Assembly (NCBI GenBank): GCA_963789075.1
Contig: CAWBJQ010000003.1
Coordinates: 102,004 to 166,003, forward strand
DNA: 64,000 nt
Reading direction: 5' to 3'
Source: an uncultured Acidobacteriota bacterium
Lineage (GTDB): Bacteria; Acidobacteriota; Vicinamibacteria; Vicinamibacterales; CAVVIG01
The translations under genes were made by a program, and so were the position numbers. Of the stretch, positions 31,836-41,390 are shown one piece after another. Position 1 is the stretch's first letter. Every line of letters starts with the position of its first letter. The notes under the pieces were generated by a model. The model was not told the origin of the DNA and did no database searches. It saw only the letters and a program-made list of their open reading frames with translations.

Positions 31836-33572
31836 TGCGTCGCCTGTTCGTGCTGTCCGCGGTGCTCTCTCTCACGGTGATCGGGCCGCGCGGCATCGCG
31901 CAGACGACATCGCCCTTCGCGTCGCTGGTCGACGAGTATCTGGATCGCTTCGCGCAATACCATCCCGTCGATCGCCGCCGGCAACGGCATCCACAGCCAC
32001 GATGGTCAGCTCGAAGACTTTTCGGCCGTCTCCATCGCGGCCGAAGTGACGTGGCTTCGAGCGACGCGCGGCCGCCTCGACGGTCTCGACGCGGTACGCT
32101 TGACGCCGGACGAGAGGGTCGACCATCGCATCCTGCAGGGCATCATCGACGGCTGGCTTCTCGATCTCGAGACCGTCAAGACGTGGACGCGCAATCCGAT
32201 GATTTACGCCTCGGCCGTGTCGGACGGTGCGCACAACCTGATGACCATGGAGTCGTCGCCTGCTCCCGATCGGATGAAGCAGGCCGTCACGAAGCTCCGC
32301 GCGGTGCCGACGCTGCTGGCGTCGGCGCGCGCCAACGTCCACAACCCGCCGCGCGTGTTCGTGGAGCGCGCGGCCGTCATGTTCCGCGGTGCAGCCGACC
32401 TGCTGGCTCACGATCTGCCGCTCGCGTTTGCCGATGTCAACGACCCGACGCTGCAGAGCGAACTGCACGTGTCGGCAGACGCCGCACGCCAGGCGATCGA
32501 GAAATACGCGACCGAGCTCGAGACGACGACGGTGAAGAGCGCGGCGGGCAACTACGCGATCGGCACCGCCAACGTCGAAGCGCGATACCGCGCCGAGGAG
32601 CTGATCGACACGCCCGCAGCGCAGTTGCTCGCAATCGGCGACCGCGAGCTGACGAATCTGCAGCACCAGTTCACGGAGGCGGCGGCACGCGTGGACCCGT
32701 CGCGGCCGGCGCTCGACGTGTGGCGGGACGTGCTGAACGATCATCCGAAGCGCGGCGAGGTTGTTCCGGCGGCACAAAAGATCGTCGACGAGCTGTTTGC
32801 GTTCATCCGCGAGCGACGCCTCGTCGACCTCCCGCCCGGCGAACGCGTCGTCGTCGCCGCGGCGCCCGTGTACGACCTCGGGCTCGCATCGATGCACTCG
32901 TCGCCGCCGCTCGAGCCGCATCCGGTGAAGAGCTTCTACTACATCACCGACGCGCAGGCCGACTGGCCGGCCGAGCGACAGAATGTCTGGCTGCAGAAGT
33001 TCAATTACGCCACGCTGGCCGACATCACCGCTCATGAAGTGGCGCCTGGCCATTACGTTCACAGCCTGTTCATGCGGCGCACTCCGGGAAAGATCCGGCG
33101 CATCTGGATCGGTCTCAACCCGTTCCCGCAGCCATCGTCCGGGCAGGACGGGTGGGCGCATTACGCGGAGCAGCTGGTCGCCGACGAGGGATTCAAAAAG
33201 GACGATCCACGCTATCGCCTCGCGCAGACGAGCGAGGCGCTCACGCGCGTGTGCCGTCTGATCGTGGGACTGCGCCTGCACAGCGGGGAGTGGTCGATCG
33301 ATCGGGCGGCGCAGCTGTTCGAGCAGGAGGCGCACCTGCCATCGCAGGCGGCTCGCCAGGAAGCCATCCGCGGCACCTACGATCCGACATATGGCGGCTA
33401 CTTTCTTGGCAAGATGGCCGCCTTGAAACTGCGGCGTGATTATCAGGCGGCACGCGGTGCGGCGTTCAACCTGCGCGAATTTCACGAGCGTGTGATGACC
33501 GACGGCATCGCGCCGTGGTGGGCGCATCGACAGCTGCTGCTGCCGGGCGACCACGGAACGGTGCTCGAATAG
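31835..33572 (+). CDS. Secreted DUF885 family protein (frameshift ~31965)
   Basis: Signal peptide MRRLFVLSAVLSL..; HEVAPGHYVH, QDGWAHYAE, FNLREFHE. Confidence 0.85.
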
Positions 33573-33578
33573 CGAGAC

Positions 33579-33672
33579 GCTCGGCTAAAGCCTTCGCGCT
33601 ACCAGCTGCCGTAGGGCGAAGGCTTTTAGCCGAGCCGTGCGCGGCGTTCGTGGCGCAGGACTCTAGTCCTGC
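33579..33672. repeat. Three REP-like palindromes (GTAG doublet plus a GTGG copy)
   Basis: 33579-33602 (-) and 33611-33635 (+) GTAG(C/G)GCGAAGGCTTT(T)AGCCGAGC; 33650-33672 GTGGCGCAGGACTCTAGTCCTGC. Confidence 0.88.
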
Positions 33673-34451
33673 TGACGCTGATCTCGTGCTAATTGATCTC
33701 CGGCGAAATTCACGGCGACCGTCGTCGTCAGAATGAAAAACCCTGGCGCGAGCGCGAGCCACGGCTCAGTGCTGAGCGAGGCCTGCGCCTGATAGAGCAT
33801 GTTGCCCCAGCTGGCCTGCGGCGGGCGGACGCCGACACCGAAAAAACTGAGCGCCGATTCGATCAGGATGCCGCGTGCAACGGCCAGCGTGAGCGAGACG
33901 GCGACCGCCTGCGCCGCATTCGGCAGCAGATGGCGCACCAGCACGCGCACGTGCCCGGCGCCGGACGCTCTCGCGCTTTCGACAAATCCCTGCCCGCGCA
34001 GCGCGCCGAACTCCGCACGCACCACGCGTGCGGTTTCCATCCATCCGACGAGGCCGATGAGCAGAATCAGCTGCGGCACGGACGGCTGCAGCACGACGGC
34101 GGCGATCATGAGCAGCGGCAGCCTCGGCATCGATAAGACGCCATCGGTCACGCGCATCAGCACGGCGTCGACGGCCCCGCCGGCATAGCCCGCCACGCCG
34201 CCGATCGCGATGCCGCTCGCGCCGGCGACGACGGCCGAAAGCAGGCCGACCGCGAGCGAGATGCGCGCGCCGAACAGCACGCGCGCGAGCACGTCGCGGC
34301 CGAGCTCGTCGGTCCCGAACCAGTGGGCCGCAGACGGCGGCGATCGCCGGATCGACAAGTCGATTTGATCTGGCGCATACGGCGCCAGCCGCGGCGCCAT
34401 GACGGCCGCGCCGATCAGACACACGAGCACGATGGCCGGCAGGCGCTTCAC
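33663..34451 (-). CDS. Peptide/nickel ABC permease (DppC/OppC-like)
   Basis: HWFGTDELGRDV, EAA-like loop FVESARASGA, RHLLPN, ESALSFFG. Confidence 0.92.
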   Translation of the reverse strand: MKRLPAIVLVCLIGAAVMAPRLAPYAPDQIDLSIRRSPPSAAHWFGTDELGRDVLARVLFGARISLAVGLLSAVVAGASGIAIGGVAGYAGGAVDAVLMRVTDGVLSMPRLPLLMIAAVVLQPSVPQLILLIGLVGWMETARVVRAEFGALRGQGFVESARASGAGHVRVLVRHLLPNAAQAVAVSLTLAVARGILIESALSFFGVGVRPPQASWGNMLYQAQASLSTEPWLALAPGFFILTTTVAVNFAGDQLARDQRQQD

Positions 34452-35395
34452 GTCGTCACGCGCGGGTCGATCGCGGCGTGCATCGCATCCGCCGCGACGT
34501 TGAACAGGATGACCGCCGCTGACGACAGCATCAGCAGCGCCATGAGGACGGAGTAGTCGCGGCGCGCCAGCGCCTCCGTGAAGAGGCTGCCGAGGCCGGG
34601 CCACGCGAAGACGCTTTCCGTGACGACCGCCCCCGAGACGAGCAGCGCGGCGTCCACCGTGACGATCGCGATCAGGGGTCCGAGCGCATTCCGCAGCGCG
34701 TGTCTCAGGATCACCCGCGTGGCCGGCAGCCCGCGCGCCTCGGCGGCAACGACAAACGGTTGGCCGATCGTCTCAATCATCGACCCGCGCAGGTAGCGCG
34801 ACCAGCTCGACGCCAGCACGAGCGCGAGAACCGCCGTCGGCATCACGAGGTGTTGCAGATGATCGGCGACATCGTCAGCTCCCGGGGTGGCGCGGCCGGA
34901 CGATGGCAGCCAGCCGAGAGCGAGCGCGAAGATCATCTGGAGCAGCAGGCCAAACCAGAACCCCGGCAGCGACAAGCCGACCATCGACGTCATCGTCGTC
35001 AGGCGGTCGAACCAGCGGCCGCGGCGCACGGCAGACCACACGCCGACCGGAAGCGTCAGCGCGAGCGCGACCGCGAGCGCTGTGCTCACCAGCTCGATCG
35101 TCGCGGGAACCCGTTCGAGGATCCGGCTCGCGACCGGCCGGCCATCGCTGAAGCTGTAACCCCAATCGCCCTTCAAGAAGGCGGCGAGCCACGACCAGTA
35201 CTGAGTCCACAGCGGACGGTCGAGCCCGAGCGCGTGCCGCAGCCGCTCGATGTCCTCGGGCCGCACGTTCGGATTGGACAGATAAATCGCGAGCGGTCCG
35301 CCCGGCGCGGCGTGAATCAACAGAAAGACGAGCGCGGAGACGATGAACAGCAGGGGAACCGCGTGCGCGAGGCGTCTGGCGAGGAACCGGACCAC
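34448..35395 (-). CDS. Peptide/nickel ABC permease (DppB/OppB-like)
   Basis: GLDRPLWTQY, GDWGYS, AAEARGL..RHALRNAL, ESVFAWPGLG. Confidence 0.93.
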   Translation of the reverse strand: MVRFLARRLAHAVPLLFIVSALVFLLIHAAPGGPLAIYLSNPNVRPEDIERLRHALGLDRPLWTQYWSWLAAFLKGDWGYSFSDGRPVASRILERVPATIELVSTALAVALALTLPVGVWSAVRRGRWFDRLTTMTSMVGLSLPGFWFGLLLQMIFALALGWLPSSGRATPGADDVADHLQHLVMPTAVLALVLASSWSRYLRGSMIETIGQPFVVAAEARGLPATRVILRHALRNALGPLIAIVTVDAALLVSGAVVTESVFAWPGLGSLFTEALARRDYSVLMALLMLSSAAVILFNVAADAMHAAIDPRVTT

Positions 35396-35404
35396 CGCGT
35401 CAGC

Positions 35405-37018
35405 TTATTTGATTTCCCACTCGTGGACGTTCCAGAAAATGCCGGTGTTCGTCGGGTTGCCCTTGAAGTTCACCAGCGAGGCAGGGAGCGCGTCGAGGCG
35501 CGTCACGGTGTAGAGCGGGATTTCCGGAACCGCCGCGGTGATGATGGCTTGCGCGCGCGCGAGCAGTGCTCCGCGTGCGCGGCGATCGACCGTCCGATCC
35601 GACGCGTAGAGCAGCTTGGTCAGCTCCGCGTCGCGAAAATAATTGATGTTGCGTCCGGCCGGCGGCGTCCGATCGGCCGCGAAGAACGTCGTCAGCTCCG
35701 GATCCGACGGCATCTGCCACCAGTGCAGCATGGCGTCGAACCGGCCCTCGAACCAAATCGAGCTGATGGCCGTGCCGTCCTGGAGCTCCACCTTCACGTC
35801 GACGCCGACGTCGCGAAGCTGCCGCTCGATGGCCTGAGCCATGTTCTCGCGAATGGCGTAGCCCGCTTGAGTGATCAGCGTGAACGCGAGGCGCTCGCCC
35901 GCGCGCTCGCGAATGCCCTCCGCACCAACGCGCCAGCCGGCATCGTCGAGCAGCGCGCGAGCCTTCGCCGGATCGAATGGATACCGTGTGATCCGGTCGG
36001 AGTACGCCCACGAGATCGGCTGGATCGGACCGTGCGCCACCGGCGCCAGACCGTCGAGGATCGTGCGCACGTACTGATCGCGATCGAGTGCCGAGATCAG
36101 CGCCTGCCTCACGCGGATGTCGGCGAACGGCGGAAAGTGCCTTTCGTTCAGCGTGACGTGCTCGTACGCGTTGCCCGGCGTCTTCGTGATCACGATCGAC
36201 TTGAGATCCGCGATCTCACGATACTTGTCCCACGGGATCAACGCGACGACGTGCACTTCGCCGCTCTTCAATTGATTGATGCGCGTGTTCGTGTTGGGAA
36301 TGAACTTGAAGAGCAGTCGTCGAATCTTCGGGTACTCGTCGCCCCGCCAATAGTGCGGCACGCGCTCGAGCAGGATGTACTCACCGGCTTTCCATTCGAC
36401 GACGCGATACGGGCCGGTGCCGAGCGGATTGCGGTTGTAGTCCTGCGCCCGATCGATGTCGCGTCCCTGGAGGATGTGCTTCGGCAGCGCGCCCCGGATG
36501 AACTGGATGTCGTACGGCGCGTAGACTTCCTTGTAGTGGACGACGGCCGTCAGCGGGTCGGGCGTGTCGACGGACGAGATGCGATCGAAGCCGTCCGTGC
36601 TCTCGGGGTTGTAGTTCGGGCCGTTGATCGCCTCGACCGTGAACTGAACGTCGGCGGACGTGAACGGCGTCCCGTCATGCCATTTCACGCCCGGGCGCAG
36701 CTTCCACGTGACGTCCATCCCACCGTCGCCGCGCAGCAGGACACCGCCGTTCTCGACGGTTGGCACGTCGGTCGCCAGCAGCGGCACGACGCGCATCTGC
36801 TCGTCCGTCGTGGTCAGCCCCTCGACGATGCAGGTCTGGATGTCTTCGAGGATGTGGGTGCTGAAGCGATTCAGCGTGTCGGGCTCGCGGTCGTAGCCGA
36901 CGATCAGGAGGTCGTTCGACGGCGCGGTCGTGCCGGCGTGGCCGCGGCAGCCAGGCGCGATGATCAAGGCGCCGATCAGAAATGTGGCGCCGAGCGCACG
37001 CCGGGCGATCGCGTCCAT
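35405..37018 (-). CDS. Family 5 (peptide) ABC substrate-binding lipoprotein
   Basis: Lipobox-like IAPGC, KLRPGVKWHDGTPFTSADV, GTGPY; fused to the upstream ORF in the track because of a frameshift. Confidence 0.9.
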   Translation of the reverse strand: MDAIARRALGATFLIGALIIAPGCRGHAGTTAPSNDLLIVGYDREPDTLNRFSTHILEDIQTCIVEGLTTTDEQMRVVPLLATDVPTVENGGVLLRGDGGMDVTWKLRPGVKWHDGTPFTSADVQFTVEAINGPNYNPESTDGFDRISSVDTPDPLTAVVHYKEVYAPYDIQFIRGALPKHILQGRDIDRAQDYNRNPLGTGPYRVVEWKAGEYILLERVPHYWRGDEYPKIRRLLFKFIPNTNTRINQLKSGEVHVVALIPWDKYREIADLKSIVITKTPGNAYEHVTLNERHFPPFADIRVRQALISALDRDQYVRTILDGLAPVAHGPIQPISWAYSDRITRYPFDPAKARALLDDAGWRVGAEGIRERAGERLAFTLITQAGYAIRENMAQAIERQLRDVGVDVKVELQDGTAISSIWFEGRFDAMLHWWQMPSDPELTTFFAADRTPPAGRNINYFRDAELTKLLYASDRTVDRRARGALLARAQAIITAAVPEIPLYTVTRLDALPASLVNFKGNPTNTGIFWNVHEWEIK

Positions 37019-38666
37019 CACCAGATGTGCTCCAGCAGAGGCACGGGAATGGAGCCGAACGACAGCACGCGATCGTGGAACCGCCGGAGGGAGAATGCGG
37101 CCCCCTCGGACTCGTTCACGGGCGCCGCGCAGGCGATGGAGGCCGTCGGTGCCGAGCCAGTACATGATCGCCGTCGCCGGAAACATCGAGTTCTTGCAGG
37201 CTTCGCTGCGTGCCGCCTCCGGCGACATGCCGACGCGATCGCGATACAACGCGACCACATCGTCGAAGCTCATCGATCCGCTATGAAGACCGAGGTCGGC
37301 GACGGCGCGGGCGAGGAGCCGCGCGCGCGTGTGCTGCTGCGCGAGCGACTCGTCGGCATTGAGAAAACCGATCTCGTCCATCAGGTCCGTCGCGTAGCAC
37401 GCCCAGCCTTCGGCCATCGTGCCGCCGAGAAACATGCCGATGCGGTTGGCGCAGTCCACGGCGGCCACGCGTCCGATTTCGGATTCACCGGTGTACGCAT
37501 AGTAGTTCTGCACGTGATGGCCGATCGCGCCGTGATGCACCACGTGATTCAGCTTGATGACGCTCGTGTTCGTCGCGCGGAGGCGACGCTGCTGTTCCTC
37601 TCGCGCCATGTCGGTGTCGATCGGCGTGACGACGTAGTCGTGTATTGGTGCGCGGTCGTAGGGCGCGGGCGAGCGGTAGAAAAGATAGTAGAGGAATGGC
37701 GCGGCTTCGCGAGTGTGCAGCGGAATAGGCACGTAGCGAATCGGGTACGTCGGCCACGAGACGAGGTCTGATTTGATGGACGCGTCGCGACACTCGTTCC
37801 AGAGGTGCTGATAGGTGCCGAGGTAGTCAGCCACGGTCGGATGCGCAGCCGCGAGCCGTGCCTGAACTTCCGGCCAGCCGCCAGGCGCCAGCCGCCCGGG
37901 CACGCGTATCGAGCGAGGCGAGCGCCTCGTCGAGCGCGGCGTTCGCGTCGATTGTGAGGGACGCGGCGCTGGCTGAACACCAGTGTCCGCGCGTCAGCAG
38001 CCGGTCGAAGAGATCCGATCCGGCGGCGTAGCGCTCCGGTGGCGCGGCGGCGACGTCGTGCTCGAGCCATCGCCGAAACTCATGGAGAGCAGTGCGCGCG
38101 CATTCAGACGCACGGAGCACGGACGGTTCGTTCACCGATTCGATCGCGAGCCACTTGGGAACGCCGTCTCTCAGCAGGCGCTCTGCGCCGTCGCACTCGC
38201 GCAGGCACTTCGCGCGCCACTCGTCTGGAACGCCGTGGACGATCGATTCGCGCGCGCCCGCGAGAAAGCCGGACCACGCGTCGAGACGTGCGGCGAGCGC
38301 GCGCGCACGCTGTGCGGCCGGCGCGAACGGGCGCGTGATCAGCGACACCACGCCGAACACGGCTTCGCCGAGCGCGAGAGATGGATTGCCGCGCTGAAAG
38401 TGCTCACTGTCGATCTCGGCAATCTGAATATCGAGAAACGAGATCGCCAGCGCGCGGTCCCGAAGAGCGACGTCGCGCAGCGAGGCGTCGTCGGCCGGAG
38501 CCTCGCCGAGCGACGCGCGGATCGATCGCATCTCGTCCGCTGCCGCCGCGAGGCCGTCGGGCGACCAGTCGGGCAGGCGATCGTCGTGCTCGTGGACGCC
38601 GGTAAACGTCGCGTTCACCGGACGCAGACGGTAGTAGCTGGCGAAGAATGCGTCGAGGCCGCTCAT
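37018..38666 (-). CDS. Divergent DUF885 family protein (frameshifts ~37880 and ~37120)
   Basis: YYRLRPVNATFTGVHEHDDRLPD N-terminus; HHGAIGHHVQ, AEGWACYA, YWLG, FSLRRFHDRVLSFGSIP. Confidence 0.82.
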
Positions 38667-39787
38667 GGCGTCAGCGGCAGCGAGATCCAGCGGCGCTCCC
38701 GGTAGGAGCGCTCCACGGCGTTGATCACTTCCTGAATCCACGCGCCGTCGCCGAAGTCGCCTTCGTTGGCCGGATCGTCGCTGAGGATTTCCGTGATGAA
38801 GCTGCTCACCAGGTTGGCGTAAAACAGCGTGCGCCACGACTCCGTGCGGCTGCCACCCGGCGGATAACAACGCGCGGGAATCTCGAGCTCGCGGAACTCC
38901 ACCTGGTCGGCCTTCGCCGCGCGCAGCGTCTCGCAGATGCCGGCCTCCTCCACGAGCCGGCAGATGAGCGCGCCTTCGCTCCCATATGCGCGTGCTTCGA
39001 TGCCGGGATAATTACCGACCGTCACGAAGCTCGTCTGGATGGAGCACAGCGCGCCGTTGGCGAACTCGCCGAGAAAAATGTCGCCATCGTCGATGTTCAT
39101 GCGCATCATGCGATTGGTGGCGCGCACCATGCGATCCGGAATGAAGTTGCGCATCGTGCCGACGACCTGCGTCAGGTCGGCGCCGACGAACAGATGCGCG
39201 AGGTCGATGATTGGCGCGCCGTAGCCTTCGAGCGACGACACCTGCAGCACCGACTGATCGGCCTCGTGGTCCACCTGCCGCAGCGGAGTCATCGGGTCGA
39301 GCCACTGCGAGTTCTGTTCGTAGCCGTTGAAGATGAACGGCGTGCCGATGAAGCCGCCGGCGACCAGCTCGCGCATGTACCGCATCGCCGGGCTGTAGCG
39401 GAAGGTCAGCCCGACTTTCGTCTTCAGATGCTTTTTCCTGGCGAGATCGCGCGCCCGGATCGTGTCGCGGTAGTCGTAGGCGACCGGCTTCTCGCAGAGG
39501 ACGTGCTTGCCCGCCTCGAGCGCGGCCCACGCCAGCTCGAAATGCGTGTGGCTCGGCGTGCAGACATCGATCAGGTGGATGTCGTCGCGTTCGATCAACT
39601 CGCGCGCGTTCGCGGTGGCCGTGGGAACGTCGAACTCCCGCGCGGCGGCGCGCGCGCGATCGATCTCGACGTCGGCGATCGCCACGACGCGGCAGCGCGG
39701 GTCGCGGCGATAGCCCGGAAGATGCGCGCCGCGCGCCCAGGCACCCGCGCCGAGGACGCCGACGTTGACGATGCGCGTGGACGTCAC
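38663..39787 (-). CDS. Gfo/Idh/MocA-family NAD(P)-dependent oxidoreductase
   Basis: GVLGAG Rossmann motif, CTPSHTH, GKHVLCEKP. Confidence 0.92.
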   Translation of the reverse strand: MTSTRIVNVGVLGAGAWARGAHLPGYRRDPRCRVVAIADVEIDRARAAAREFDVPTATANARELIERDDIHLIDVCTPSHTHFELAWAALEAGKHVLCEKPVAYDYRDTIRARDLARKKHLKTKVGLTFRYSPAMRYMRELVAGGFIGTPFIFNGYEQNSQWLDPMTPLRQVDHEADQSVLQVSSLEGYGAPIIDLAHLFVGADLTQVVGTMRNFIPDRMVRATNRMMRMNIDDGDIFLGEFANGALCSIQTSFVTVGNYPGIEARAYGSEGALICRLVEEAGICETLRAAKADQVEFRELEIPARCYPPGGSRTESWRTLFYANLVSSFITEILSDDPANEGDFGDGAWIQEVINAVERSYRERRWISLPLTP

Positions 39788-40029
39788 TGATCGGCCTCTC
39801 GATGGATGGCGCGAGGCTCAATGCGCCCGCGCCGGGCCTCTAGCGTCGCACTTCTGCGGCGTCATCGGCAAGGCGCGTCGACAAAGGCGTTGAAACGTTG
39901 CTGCGCGTGACGGTCCGCAAAAAGCGCGTCTCATATTTTCGTAAAGAGGATTCCGCGGATCGCATCGCCTGGCAGAGCTTGTACCGCTGTTCTATCGCCC
40001 GTTACAATTCCTGCGAGGAAAACATTCAG

Positions 40030-40671
40030 ATGAAAATTCGCGTTTCGATGTTGGCGACCGCGTTGTTCGTACTCAGTGCCGCGACGATTCATGCACAGAC
40101 GATCACGACGGGCGTCAAAGTGGGTATCGACTTCAGTTCGTTGCCGAATGCCGGAGAAGTCATCGATCAAATCGTGAAGCAGCCGAGCACCGAAACGTCC
40201 TCGAAGGTCGGCGCGCTGTTCGGCGGGTTCGTGACCGTGCCATTCTGGAATCAGCTCTCGGTGCAGCCCGAGCTCCAGTTCGTGATGAAAGGCGTCAACC
40301 TGACCGAAGCGGCCGGCGGCGGCACCGTCAACGCCCGCGTCCGGTATCTCGAGTTCCCGGTGCTGCTTCGGTATGCGGTGTCCGTCAACGACCACACGGG
40401 ATACGTCCTGGTCGGACCGACCTTTGGCGTGAAGGCGGGAACGAGCGCGCAGCTGGATGGCCCGAACCAGACATCCGCCGTCAACATCGACCCGGCGATC
40501 CGAACGTTCGACGGCGGCCTCGCCTTCGGAGGCGGGCTCGACTATCAGCAATATTTCTTCGAGCTGCGGTTCACGCAGGGCCTCAATGACGTCGCGGCGG
40601 AATCGTTCCCGCACACCGATTCGGTGAAGAATCGCGTCTTCGCGATCGCCGCAGGCATTCATTTCAAATAA
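40030..40671 (+). CDS. Outer-membrane beta-barrel protein (PorT/OmpA-like)
   Basis: Signal peptide, GVKVG, SVQPEL, YLEFPVLLRY, C-terminal aromatic residue (HFK). Confidence 0.8.
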   Translation: MKIRVSMLATALFVLSAATIHAQTITTGVKVGIDFSSLPNAGEVIDQIVKQPSTETSSKVGALFGGFVTVPFWNQLSVQPELQFVMKGVNLTEAAGGGTVNARVRYLEFPVLLRYAVSVNDHTGYVLVGPTFGVKAGTSAQLDGPNQTSAVNIDPAIRTFDGGLAFGGGLDYQQYFFELRFTQGLNDVAAESFPHTDSVKNRVFAIAAGIHFK

Positions 40672-40682
40672 AGCGCTCGCGC

Positions 40683-40748
40683 GACCCGACGAGGATGCTG
40701 CTGATCGGCGACGGTCTGGCCATGGCGCTGCGCAAGCGGCGGCCGTGA
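40683..40748 (+). pseudogene. Possible orphan PEP-CTERM sorting-signal relic
   Basis: Reads DPTRMLLIGDGLAMALRKRRP*: a PEP-like start, hydrophobic stretch and basic cluster with no gene body. Confidence 0.4.
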
Positions 40749-40782
40749 CGCGCGATTGACGGAACTCACCCGCAAGTCATCG

Positions 40783-41253
40783 CTCTGACGTCGCCCTATC
40801 GACTGCTCCGCGTCCCCGAGGTCGACGGCGCGGGAAACCGCCGCTCCGGGAGGTGGGCACAGCGTCGGCCAGGTCCGTGACCTGGCCTGGACTCGGCCCT
40901 GCGCTGGCGGTTTCCCACCTTACGCTCGCGTCGCGCCGCTCCCACGGGGCCGCGGATCAGCCGATAGGTCGCCCGCGCAGACCAGTCACTTGCGCGTTGA
41001 CGACAAGCGCGCTCGACGCGCTCGAGACTGGCCCGTGTACTCGGTGGGACGATGTCTCGCACAGCGAGCCGTATAGTCAGGCCGGGCACCTCTCGCACGA
41101 AAAACGGCGCGAAGCGGCGCATTCCCGCGGCGGTCTGATCGAAAGCCACACAGCCGTGGGCGTTGCCCGAGTGCCGGTTGTTCCCTTGAGCGATGTTCGA
41201 ATTAGTAAGACCGCCGCGTGCAGCGTCAGAAGAGGGAGCGGCGCGACGTTTTT
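40783..41253. ncRNA. Candidate structured non-coding RNA or MITE-like element (unassigned)
   Basis: Helices: 40929-40943/41234-41248 (15 bp perfect), 40795-40817/40946-40968, 40832-40842/40906-40916, 40867-40887, 41126-41136/41208-41218; no credible ORF. Confidence 0.45.
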
Positions 41254-41358
41254 CCGGCCTCCGCTCGCGCATTTATTTCCGCGAGCTACGGCGGGCGGCG
41301 CGACGGCGTGACGGATGACGGCTCGCGAAGCGAGATATCGTCTCGCCGTCAGGGCCAG
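41238..41358. repeat. CCGCCGTAGC-type hairpin flanked by an 11-bp direct repeat, followed by a 49-nt shared segment
   Basis: GCGGCGCGACG at 41238-41248 and 41295-41305; 41309-41358 resembles 29397-29445. Confidence 0.75.
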
Positions 41359-41390
41359 CCTGGGTCACCAGATTCCCGAAAGGCATGAGC

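Noticed and set aside
34700-37771. 1023-aa plus-strand ORF and other long antisense ORFs (e.g. 8328-10175, 15183-16811, 53004-54923)
   Set aside because: They are shadow frames of real high-GC genes and have no recognisable domains.
35405-37903. DUF885-SBP fusion protein (832 aa in the track)
   Set aside because: An indel near 37120 joins the frames. The true DUF885 C-terminus is in another frame ending at 37018, and the SBP has its own signal peptide.
41064-41110. Group II intron domain V (GAGCCGTAT...) or SRP helix 8 (GTCAGG...) in the structured region
   Set aside because: The downstream complementary arm and GNRA/GGAA loop spacing do not fit either RNA, and no RT is nearby.
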